DNA of 64,000 nt from contig CM082582.2 of assembly GCA_040954595.2 (NCBI GenBank), forward strand, positions 9,043,483 through 9,107,482, read 5' to 3'. The stretch's first letter is position 1. Each line of letters starts with the position of its first letter. Shown here piece after piece: positions 26,046-38,600 of this stretch. Origin of the DNA: Balanoglossus misakiensis. Lineage: Eukaryota > Animalia > Hemichordata. Made by a program: the position numbers and the translations under genes. A model generated the notes under the pieces. The model was given only the letters and a program-made list of their open reading frames with translations, made no database searches and was not told the origin of the DNA.

Positions 26046-29000
26046 TTACAGGAATGTATTGTCCTGTCTGGCCTTGGCCATGAAAGCTTCAATGTCTTCC
26101 ACAGTTCGGGGGACGCACGTCATCAGTTCCATACCATCAGAGGTAACCACAATGTCATCTTCAATACGGACCTGCAACATCAAAGATACATTCAACTTGT
26201 GAACACCAAGTGGTTGTGTGCCAAACACCTTATCTGTTTACTAACTGTTTACAAAATTCCTAATTTGAGTACATGTAGTATATTCTCTAGTCCATAGTAA
26301 TTGCATTACACGTTTCACTTACTCCGCCAAAGTTCATATAAGTGGAGATGGCCTCTCTGCACAGGAATCGGGAATGCTCGGGGTTCGCCAAGGCACCTTC
26401 CAATACCTAAGCCATTCAAGATGAACAATAGTTGATAAATACATGTAACATGATAGAATCATTCATATTCACCTGAACAGGTAAAACAGATACCCTGTAA
26501 GCATATATAAAACAGTGATGTACAGACATTTGACAAGTGGAAACTTACTGGAGCAATGAAATAACACCCAGGTTCGATGGTCAGCACCATACCCTCTTGC
26601 AGGTTCCTTGCGGTCCTCAAACTTCGCAAACCGGGCTCGCTGCTTCGTTCGGGACCTCCCTGTGTACAGAAAGTACATTTAGTGCCAAAACATGTGGGAT
26701 TTGGGGTTCAGTGGTGTGAAAGGTTAAAATCACCATGATGACTTGAATGGCGAAATTAAGGACCTTGTGTGTATTTCAGGCACACAGAAACCGGCAACAG
26801 ACTCACCTCTGGATAGCCTCCCACATCGTGTACATCTAATCCCATGAAATGGCCCATTCCGTGTGGCATGAACACGGCACCCAGACGTGCCTTCATCATC
26901 TCATCGACCTCCCCTTGCACCAGGCCAGCTTCCTTCAGAGCCTGCAGCAAGACTCTCTCTGATAACTTGTGCATCTCCGACCATGACACACCTGTAATCA
27001 CACATATACATGTACTGATAAGTTCCGATATTTTGATTCTGGTAGTGCTGTTGATTTTGATCGTAAATTTTCAGGATCTTAGTCAAGGCCACCAGTTCTT
27101 TGAATTTGGTAGACAGGCGACACTGGTATTCCACTCAGTTAAGAAAATAGCTCAGTGTGGTTTGTGTGTATGTTCTTTTGGTACCTAATCATCATTCACA
27201 TCATTGGATCATATGTACCTGGTTTGATGGCGTTCATGACGGCTCTGCTGGCTTTGTACACAGCTTCATAGATGATCCTCTGCTGTGGCGTGAATTTGCC
27301 GTTGACAGGAAACGAACAGGTGATGTCGGAAGTGTAGCAATAGTACTCAGCTCCCATGTCAAACAAACTGTGGTAATCAAACAGACACATGCTGTTCACT
27401 TTCTTGTTGTTGTTGTCAAACCACCAGTAATATACTAAGACTCATCCTCACAAAAACATGATTGAACCCTTCTCCATCATCGTGGATGATTTGGAATGGA
27501 CATACAGTATATTCAATTGTGTCATTTTGAACTCACCACATATCACCGTCATTGATAGTCTTCTCATTTGGGGCACCAGCATGGCCGTAGTGCAGAATGG
27601 CGCCATTTTCACCGCTGAAAATTCACCCAAAATAGTACAAGAATTACATTTTTTTTACTGATTAATTTAGGAATATTTCTGACCCCATTAAACAGCATTA
27701 TACTGCTTGCTTACTAGAATAGGCTTGTAAAGATGCTGATAAGAGAGCGCTCACCACATAATAAAATAATTTTCATTTTTCCCCAATCAAACCAACCAAC
27801 CAAGCAACCATTCTCACGAATTAACAATAAAGCAGCCCTTATTTACCTTCCACAGATACAGGTGTAGGATACATGTCTACATCCACCATTGCTATAGCAA
27901 TAATGCTGAAACAGACTGGAAAGAGAAACAAGAGGCATTACATGGAAAGTTGCTTCCTAACGCAGTTTACTGACCTGCAAAAGGAACCAGCCAGCCAGGA
28001 CAAATGCTGACAGCCTCCGCGACTGCAGCAATAGTGTCGAAACAAACTGGAATGGAGACAAGATGCAATGATGGTGTGATCACACCTATACACAGAGTAG
28101 AATACTTACGTTTGCTGTATATTCCATGTTCAACTTTCTGGACGCAAGCCCAACAAAATTTTATCATTCTCTAGTTATTGATATGCCTTGACTAGTTAAA
28201 TGTATGTGTGAATGAGCAGAGAAAATACATGTAACCTCTACAGACTAGACATACCCAAGGTTATACCTTTATCTATAGAATACCAATATCTTATCTATAT
28301 TTCTTTGACAAGAAAGATAGACAAACAGAAATGTCCAGAGTTCTCACCCACCTCTCCATTTTGTATTCCTTGTCACCGGGTTTGATTTTACTCATGATTT
28401 CTTTGTGGGCCTCGCTGCTGATCTTGTTGACATATCTCATCACTTCAAGTTCTTGTGGAGTCTTGATGACACGGCTGGAAAATGGAAAAAAAAAGTCAAA
28501 ATAAATTCTCTCCGGGATTACTCTGTTATAGAACTAAGCGTTTATTGGATTATCTCCCTCAGATGTGATACTATTCTTGCTGTAAGAACTTACCATTCCA
28601 TAATCTCAGGATGTAATAATGCTGTGTCCGTTTTGAACCTGAAAATTGCAGAGAAACACAAAGTTTTAAAACTTTATTAACAGTAGTAAAACTTCAGCTA
28701 AAGCAAAGTATCTTGTTCTAGTTGTCAAAAGAATTCTTCCTAAAATAGAAATGAGTCGCACAGAAATTGATGTGCATTGGTTGCGTATGAAAAAACAATA
28801 TAAAAGGAGGTCATCAGAGTGTGAGTTCAACCCGGTCCCATGACAGGACTTCCTGTCATACAGAGGCACAGTTGTGTCGATAAAGATCTGCCTTGGGCAG
28901 GAAACATGGTGTCCTCAGTTGATTCTACTGTAGTTGACTGTACATTTAAGCTCAAGGGATATACACAAAATAACTAAGACTTACTCATGGATTCCGTCGA

Positions 29001-31707
29001 AGGCTGCAGCTCTGCAAGTATGTCCACTGTCAGAATTGACACCTTTCTACAATTAACAAAGAATAAAAGGACAGTCAACAATAATAGGACTCCCTATAAA
29101 TCCCAGTTCATAACAATTCTGATTAAGTTTAGGCCACACCTTAACAACAAAGAAATATTTCTGAAAAATTAAACTACATGTTATCACATACTCACCAAAA
29201 GTAGCAACACCGATGGATTCTTTGACTTAAGAACATCTTTTATCTGTCAACAAAACATGTGTAGTAATGGTAGATATTATTCCCAAATTCTTTTCAGAGA
29301 GTCACTTCACTATAATTTTGGGGTAAAAAGCATGTTTGTGTGGTTTGACATGTTCTAAAAAGTTTCAGACATATGAATAACCTATTTTTCACAGTAACAT
29401 GTCCCTATAATTAATATTTGAACTAAAGTAACTGATGTACTATGATATCAATGGGGAATAACTGACAGGTGGCAGGATTCTCTATTTTTTTCAAAAGCTA
29501 TCGCGTTAAACAAATACATTAAGCAAACAGACTAGAGATATCTATGGTGCTCTTCACATCAAAATAGGGTAACATCCCAAAAGGTCACAACTTCACAATT
29601 ACTTTTATCAAACAAATCAATTTTGTGGGTGTGTGTCTTGTCCCCATTTCTGTCCCATACATGCCACGTGGCACAAGTTACTGAAACACTAGACACAAAT
29701 GATACCAACTATCTATTCAATATGTTTCAAGGTAAAGGACCAAGACACTTTTAATAATATCTTGAATTTTTTCGTGAAGAGATAATTTTAATGGAATCAA
29801 AAGCTCACCTTGGTGGTCCATTGGCACTCATCAACACCATATTTTTCCTTGAAGTGATTTTCTGGATGCAATCTAGGAAAGGAATAAGAGCTTTTACACT
29901 AACAGACAACTATACCTGCAGTCGGACCTGTTAAAATAACAACAATCGAATAGTAAGGCAGGCAAACAGAACAAAAACCATATTTAATAGTACAGTAAAA
30001 GCTCATCAATTGTAGATGGAATGATTTATTTTTCTATTGTGACTTACAAGTCATATTACTTGACAGACACGTATGATGTTTATCAGAGATAAATGTGTTC
30101 ACAGGGGACAACATCCAATGTTTGCTATTTAAGTAGTAGCTTATTTCTGAACCAAACATTGCATAACTGAACACCCAATGATGGTCGATTCAGCTATAAA
30201 AGTGGAACATTAACGGTAGGAGTAATTGGGCAATCAAGATAAATATCTAAACCCCTAATGAATGCAATCTACAGCCCTGGATAAATTCTAATCAGGGTCA
30301 CACATCTGAATTCTGTATTTTGTGAATTCAGACGGAGGGGTGCCACAACTAAACACTTTAACACAAATGAACAAATGTGTATTACTTACTTTCCCATCCA
30401 AACTGCGTACGAATCTGGCAGCTCAGGTGGGAACAAAATGGCTTTTCCAGAGTCTACATCGATGGCACCATAGAAGTCCGGCTCTGTTACTCCGAACGTC
30501 CAATGGAAGTAGGACTCCTGTAGGAATAAAACAGCACACAGTCTCAGTTACATTTGTTTTGCATGAAGTTGCCTTTTAGCAACATTTTTGTTGGACCACT
30601 GCCATGCAAAATCAATTTTACTGTCCATGGGTGATGGGACTTTTCTGCAGGATTTTCTAGAAGCATACAGAGGTAATCTCTTGAGTACATACCTGTCTGA
30701 AAACTTCATCCGTATCTGAACAGTATCTCTGTCGCTGCTCGCCCCCTTGTAGCAAAACCACCGCACCCTTGGGTACTCCTTCTTTTGCTCTCAATCTCTC
30801 GCAAAGCCGTCGTCTGTTGGTGGCAAACAAGTCCACGGACACGTTCAAGGTGTGATCCCCCCGGGTAAACACTGGTCTGTGAATGGCAAATGGATAGTTT
30901 ACAGTTATGGTCATTTTAATATCATTATTTTGTTACACAATAATATGAAATGTGTATGGAGTTGTGTGTAATGGAGGTGGTCTTTTATATTTACATCCAT
31001 GCTTTCACTTTCACTTTCAAGTCACACTATGATCACTTTCGTGTAAAAAGGAATATCCCATTACAACATTCATAGAGTTCTGAAACTGTTGTACCACCGT
31101 TTTTTTTCTTCCTTCATGGAAACATAATTCTTTAATTTATCTTCAACCTTGGTAAAAGGTTGGCTGTTAATCGCATCCTTCAGCCTTGGTAAAAGTGAAG
31201 GGGAAACCTGACCAATGCTACACACCACATAGATGTCGTCACTCCTACAGTGGACTTCCTGCTTGCAATCAACATGCAGTTCTTGTACATTCAGTTGCCA
31301 ACAAATACCATTGTCTGTAGGCAACACAACACGAGTACGAGGGAATACGCCCACTCGCCAGTTCTGACCACAGGTACGAGTGGGTGGATCGTCTTTCTCA
31401 GCAGCAGTGCGCGCTTCAAAACTCTCGTACCACGCCACAACTGAACCACAGGCCCTTATTTATAATTTCCCCAACTGCATCAGTGAGAACTTTGCACCAT
31501 CACTGGTTGATTTTGACCCTGTCATTGTGTGATGGAGTTGACCTGAATATCTGCACTGGCCGGAGATGTGTGTTAAAAGTGGATCAACTTTTATACCAGT
31601 CGCCACAGAATCAACTGGAACCTTGCTATGCACTTTAACATTACTTGTACACCTAAAAGTGAACACCGATCGAGAATCTATACTCACTGCGCCTTCCCAG
31701 CTGCCAT
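26046..31707 (-). CDS. PEPD: Xaa-Pro dipeptidase (prolidase), multi-exon; exon 1 31707-31688 (MAAGKAQ)
   Basis: [101 protein letters not shown]. Confidence 0.95.
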
Positions 31708-32653
31708 GATCGGGAAATCGTACTGCAGCTTGTGTGATACGTGACTGATATAAACATACGTCTGCTACACACAGCCTCGTTTTGAACACTGATAGCAGAC
31801 ATCCCCGGGGGCCGCAACCCTAGGCCAAGTTCGCCAATGACAAGTCTTTGGATGCATGCACGCGCGTTTGAGACACAACATTGATGTGTAAAGGGCCGAG
31901 GTACAGGACTTAATGCAATTTAGTATCAGACTCCTAGAAAAAAAAACACTTCGGATATTAGAGGTCAAACCAGGGCCATCGTATCATCAAAAGTACGGTT
32001 CGTAGACGCATAAATCATCCGCTTTGTCTGAAAGTGACTTCGTGATTTATGGCAGGACGATAAGGAGGACTCGCAATACGACTAGCAAAATACAATGTAA
32101 TTATTTGGATTTATTGCTTAATGGTAAAGAAGGGTTAAGGTACATAGATAATGTCGGCTCTAAGAATGTTCCTTGAGGAGCGCGCGATCTGTCTTCGTTC
32201 ATCTGTACTGTATCACGTACATTTGTGTAATTCGATTTGCATTGACACTTCGCCACGACAACGTAATAACGGTCCATGGTGATGGAAAGATATGCGATGA
32301 CTTTGTGCAGATGACCACATTTGATGAGAAACAGAAATGAGAGAGGGAGAATACACTTTTTTTAAGTTGTCTACCGCATCAAGACTATTAATAGACCCTA
32401 AAATGAAAGTTTGGTGCGATCATTGACAATCGATCTGCCAAGTGGCAGAATCATTTTGGATTGTTGTAATAAACTTTTACTAATATCCGAATACTGTAGT
32501 ACAAGTTCAGCTGTTTTAAATTATGACACTCAAAGGCGTATTTGTATTTCAGAAATGAATGTTTTTCAGTTCAGCTATAGGATAACTGCATAAAATCTAC
32601 AGGACGGTCATGCCACGTCGCGTGACTTCACGAGTCCCGGGGACTTCACTCGA

Positions 32654-33415
32654 CTAGTGGCTGTGCTTGATCTCGGTCGCACTCAGGCACATGATGTAGA
32701 TTTTGTAGTCGCTACCGATTTTCTTCCACACCACCACGTATTTGCCGTGCTCCTGGACAACGTCAGCGGCATCTGATATCGAGTAGACGCCCCGCTCGAA
32801 TGCGCTGTCTCCCTGACCCTCGATCTCCTCCGCATCGATCTTCAGGCTCTTGGCAAAGGCGCTCTGCAGTCCTTCGAAGGCTTTCTGGGCGCCTGTAAAT
32901 GCGAATTGAGAAAACATCGTTAGCACATCGTATTTATGTAAACTAAATTGAAATAGGCCCTCACCACTTTCTGCCCACAAGCTTTAAATGCTTGTACATA
33001 TTATTTTGATGGCATAAAGATGTGTTTCCCCACATGCCATCTTCCATTAGCTGTAACTTTTCGATTTAACTTCATTTGAGACTCGTTCTCGTTGATACCG
33101 CTTCGAAGATCGTGTTTTTTTGTTCAGAATAAATGATGGAGAAAATTATAATGAACCAAATTCAGTTAGCGTTTTGAAAGACCTAGAGAGAGAGAGAGAG
33201 ATGGAGACAGACAAGCAGAAGAGGACTGTCTAAAGACTCGAAAGATCGATTGAAAAGGGTAGACTACCTTGTTTCCCTATAATTGTATCTCTCTTCGGCA
33301 CCATGAGTCTAATATTGTCATCCATCAGCCCAACCATGGATTTGATGTCGCCGGAGTTGAAGAAACCAGTGGCCTGCTTGTTGTGTTCGGTGATGATTGT
33401 CTTCGCGTCTGCCAT
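32654..33415 (-). CDS. Small NTF2/SnoaL-fold protein (DUF4440/YybH-like), 2 exons 33415-33268 and 32892-32654, 128 aa
   Basis: FNSGDIKSMVGLMDDNIRLMVP...GDSAFERGVY...GKYVVVWKK..YKI pattern. The in-frame GT-AG join gives 387 nt and the start has a GCCATGG Kozak context. Confidence 0.75.
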
Positions 33416-33460
33416 GGCCAGAGATGATGTGGAAGTTACACTGCAGAAAACGAACGGTGG

Positions 33461-33485
33461 GATGATGATGATGATGATGATGATG
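33461..33485. repeat. (GAT)n short microsatellite
   Basis: About 8 units. Confidence 0.85.
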
Positions 33486-33538
33486 CGAATGATGTAACGC
33501 GCAGAGCAACTTGTGATGGTGGAGACACTACAGGGCTG

Positions 33539-33546
33539 CTTATATA
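33539..33546 (-). promoter_or_regulatory. TATA box of the NTF2-like gene
   Basis: TATATAAG on the - strand about 125 nt upstream of the ATG. Confidence 0.5.
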
Positions 33547-35601
33547 CGTCCAAATCCGAGCCAAAGCTGGTCTGTTTCAATTGATAATCCGTTATTGATG
33601 ATCCAACGTGTTTAATGACCCCCCTGGACTGCTAGAGCACTTAAGGTTGTCACGGAAACAATGGCAATGTCACTTACCATACAAGGCCCGTGGCGATGAT
33701 TCGGCACGTAAGCTTGTAATAATTGATAATTTGTGGTCAACCGAAAGGAATACTTGCACACAAAACTCTCATTATTTTTCCCCAACCATTGTCTTGCCGA
33801 AGGTCTTCGTTCAAACATTCGTAAATCAATATCACGGATTATTGTTCTGGTGTCGATGATTAATTGGGTGATGTTATAGCGTTGCGGTATCCTATACTAC
33901 GCCCTTGGTGATGTACCGGTCGGGCCAGGGTTAACGCTATAGGTTAATTGATGCAATCTGCAGCATCGTGCAAGAATGCCGGACAGAAATATAAATTTCA
34001 TTACAAACTAATGCACATGGTACATCGCCGTTTCTTTGTATGAAATAATGCCATCAATGTGTCGGCGCGGGTGAAAGTTATCTAGTCTAACTTGATTTTT
34101 TCTTAAAAAACAGATTCAGTCAACAGGATTAGAAGCAGGCATTTTTTATGTAAAGGTCGCAATAATTTGTATGTAGACACCAAAAAGGCGTTGGTGACCC
34201 TATTAGTATTGTATGTCATTACACGTCATTACGCATCAGCCGATTTTCGTCATATCGTAAATAAATGAAGCACATTCTTCGCCTATGAACTCCGGGTTTA
34301 CAAGTGAATTTTCCAAATGTTAACCAATTAAAAACAAAGACACCAATATTGCCAATATGTGAGGGCGCACTATTCAATAAATACCTGTTGCTCAGTTCTG
34401 GTAGATCATTACATTTCATACATCACATACTGTGGACTCAAACCGTACACAACATATTAGATAATATAAACATAGTTTTAATAATCATAACGAAATCACA
34501 AAGTTCAAAGGTATGTATTTATAATGTATATAAGATAAGTATTCTTTTTGTGAGTTTTTAGCAGTTTTTTTACTTATCAAGAAAATTTCCATACTCCTTA
34601 AAATATTCTCAGTTCTCCAAGGCTGGCAAGAACTGCTTACAGGAAATGAACGGGAAACATTGATCATTGAGCAGGTGAAGTTGGAAGTTGGAAGAAGGCT
34701 CAGACAAGCAGCTGCTAAAATGTCAATACAGTGGCAAAACAAAAAAATTCGAATATTACAGCAGCATTTATCCTTTAAAAATTGAAGCACGCAAAAATAC
34801 TTTTTGGCTCTACTTATATAACTAAGTAACTAACATACATTGTGATCCAAAATAAGCATTATTAATACAAGATACTACTAGTCATGTTGAAAAGTTAACA
34901 AAAAAGATGATGCTAGCTTTCTGGAGATTTTGGAGAATCTACTGCAATGGAAGAACATTGTTGGGATATTGTGGCTAAGTTGAAGGGAAAGTCACAGATT
35001 ATGGGAGTCTGGTGCAGTTTTTCTTAACCAGATGCAAAGATCTCTGGAAGTGTTCACTTCTTAACTCTACACTGCAAACATCTAGTATCCAAGTCCACAA
35101 CATTAAACATTTTACTCAGTACTAAACAACAAGTAGAAATAACAACAATTCTAAAAGCTGTTCAAACATACACTGTAGGAAAAGAGCCTTCACACAGCCT
35201 CGACGGCACCATTTTATGTGAATATACTCAATTACAAGTTAGTTTAGAAAAAAAATACACACTTCAACTTCAAGAGAATATGTACCTGTACATGATGATG
35301 TACATTGGGGTTTTCTCACAACACATTTCATCCAAATGTCAGAAATAATATTTAATAATATGTATTATATATATGCAGCATTATTTCAATATTGATAAAA
35401 TGCCAAATACAACTTTTTCCAAATTTTTTTTTAGAAGATGTGCGCTTGAAGACAAAGTCAAAACAGTACTACATCCATATGCAGCATTTTTGATGATAAA
35501 ATTTTCACAAAATTTTTGTCACACATGTCATTGTGTGCTTCATGGACAAGTATTTCAAGGCAAATTACAAAATCTATCTTGATGGTGTTTTCACTCTGAA
35601 A

Positions 35602-38600
35602 TTAGTTTTCTGTTGCCACTTCCTCCTGGTGTGCAATCACGTCTGGTTCAGGACACCGTTCGACGCCATCTGCCAAAGTTTCCAGCGTGTTCAACACGCG
35701 GCTGTCCCCCGATGGCACTGCACTGACAGTCGCTGCAGCAATGTTCGCCTCGTCATCTTGCACTTTTTTCGGCTGCAGCGGTTGCTGCTCCTGCAGCGGT
35801 TGATCTTGGTTGGGATCCTGCGGTTGTGTCTGCTGCTGTTGCATAGGTTGCTGTCGGTCGGCGCTCTCCGTGGGCTGCTGTGGCTGGCCGGTCGCGCCGT
35901 GCGTCTTCATGTGTTCGGTCAGAGCCGCTTTGTCGATGCCTTCGTACCCGCACTGAGAGCAGCGGAACGCCACCAGGCAGTACTCGAAACCTTTGCTCTT
36001 GTTCTGCTTTTTCCGCACCAGGGGCTCTGCCTGACCCTCTGGTTCGGAGAGATTGTCGTTTTCCACGGCCTTTCGTTTGTTTGCTTTGACTGCGGCTGGC
36101 GGGGTGTGTTTGCTGTCGAAATCAAGCGCTGCATTGATGACGTCGTTGGTGGCATCGTAGTTGTAGTTTGGCTCGCTCGCGTGTCTCCACATGTGTGATT
36201 TCAGCGACGGCAGGTGGCTACATATGTAGCCACACAGGTTGCATTTGTACTGCTCCATCTGCTGTTGACTAGGAGCCTCCCCATAGTGTTTCTTCATGTG
36301 GGACCGCAGACTCTGGGGATAGGGGCCAGCGAAGTCACAATGCTGGCATTTGTAAGGCTTATCCGACGCATGGAATTTCATGTGGTTCTTGACGCCACTC
36401 ATTGTACCCGAGGTGTAATCGCAGATCTCGCACTTGAACGGTTTGACGTGCGTCCGCACGTGCTTCTCCAAGTTCGCCCGGCTGTCGGCGGTGTACTCGC
36501 ACTCCTGGCAGTTGTACGTCTGGTTCATCTCGCAGACTTGCTTGTGCTGCCGCAGCAGGTAGCGCTGCTTGAAGCTGGCGCTGCAGGCGTAGCAGGTGTA
36601 CACCCGGCTGATGGCGTGGGTCTTCAGGTGGGCCCGGAAGGTGGCCGCGTTGCAGGACTCGTAGTCGCACGTCTCGCAGTGGAAGGGCACGTTCCCGTCG
36701 TGTCCCCGGACGTGCGACTTCAGCTGGCTGTTGTTGCTGAACGTGGCGGGACACATGTTGCACTGGTACGTCCGCTGCTTGCAGTGATCCATCATGTGGT
36801 CCTGCAGGTCCTCGCTGCTCTCCCCGACCACGTCGCAAAGCGGGCACTTGTAGGGTATCCTCTCCTTGTGGATGCGCATGTGCTGCTTCACGTAGCCTTT
36901 ATTGGCGCTGAAGTACTGGCACAGCTTGCACTGGTACAGAGGCTGTGGGACGTTAACTGTCTCTATCAGACTCTCAACGTCGATGACCTCTCTCTTTTTT
37001 GTCGCGCTCGCTTCACCAGAGGTCTGTTGCAGTTTCTCCATGATTTCTTCTCCTGAGTCGTTGGGATTGTCTCGCATTCTTTCAATGACAGTCAACAGCG
37101 AACTGCTGATGCCGCCCTGCTTAGAGCTGCTGCTTTCGTTGCTGCCTTCACTCAGAGTCGGGCTAACTGCGCCGCTTTTTCTTCGCTTGCTGCGAGTGAC
37201 CATCCCGTCACCGCCGGCCGGCCTCTTCACCCCTTGCTGCGCTTTCTCCTCATTGAGGTCGCCGACGACAACAATGACATCATGCTGTCCATCTACAATG
37301 ACATCATCTCCGGCATCACAAACGCAGGGTTCACCGGAATTAGGTTTATAGTTTGGGCAGTCTTTTTGTCTGTCCTGCGGCAAATCTTTCGCGGCAAACG
37401 GTGGTACAAAAGGCACTTCTTGTGACGTTTCTGGCTCTTTAGCTTCTTCAGACCTGGGTTGCCCCTTCTGCTTTTCCGGTCCAGTGTGCCTTTCCTGGCT
37501 CTTAAGTCCTGCCAAGGTCGCTGCGATCAGCGACTCTAGGGCATTGGCCCCCTGGCCAGCCTGGGCCTTACTAGTGGCTGGTTCCGCGACACTCTGCACT
37601 CCCGGACTCGATCCTTCCTGCTTGGACCTCTGAAGCAGTGATGCCAACAAATTGCTGCAGGAGACTCCAGATGCTGCGGTACTGCAGGTTTTCTCAGTGC
37701 CTTCACTCTGTCCTGAACACTCTTCCATTGCTGCCTTTCCTTCCTCTTCAGATTCGCTTCCAGAATCAAGCACAATAACCTCACTTTCTTCACTGTTTGT
37801 TGGACTTGATTTCACCTTTGTCATCTCTCGGTTGGTGATTTCACTTTGATATGCTTCCTGGAGCGCTGGATGCTCCACGGCATATTTCACATTGCGTTTT
37901 CTCGATGCGTCGCCTTTGGCACCAGCCTTCAGCTTATCTTTCCCTATTTGACGCTCCACAGTGTCAGAAATCAGCTGCTGCAGGGAGGTCCTGGTTTCAA
38001 TGATGCTGAAGTCACCACAGCATGACGGCGTGCTTTTCCCAGACACCACCTTCTTTTGCAATAAGTCTTTATTGATTTGCAGAGGATTAGCTGCATTCAC
38101 AGTGGTTTGCACGTTCTGTTTTGCAGTCCCTGACTCAGAATCATGAACACATTGTTCTTTCGGTGTGTCTGCAGTTTGATTGCCAGAGTTCATTTCCATA
38201 CACACCTGCCTTGTTGCAATTTGTGTTTCCTTCTCCTCCGGTCCCTCCTGTTCCGTCTCCACGCGTGAGCTCTTGGTGGCCTGGTGGTCCGCCGGACTTT
38301 TTGCTGCTTCCAACTGTTCGCCGCTTTCTGGCTTACTTGGAACAGCAGCGGCTTTCCCGGCCTCCTGAGGTTTGGACTGGCCGTCTGCCGGGTAATACTT
38401 CCTGGCGTACGCCGTCGACACCAACCGCTCGATCACCGGGAACTGTTTGTGGCTGACGCTGACCGGCTGGCATTCACACTGGCCGCTGGTGGAACCACCC
38501 TGGCAGCAACTCTTGCCACTGGACTGCCCGCAGCACGTGGACATCGCCGGCTGGACGGCCACCACGGGCAAGTTGGGTATGCGATTCTGCTGGCTGTTGA

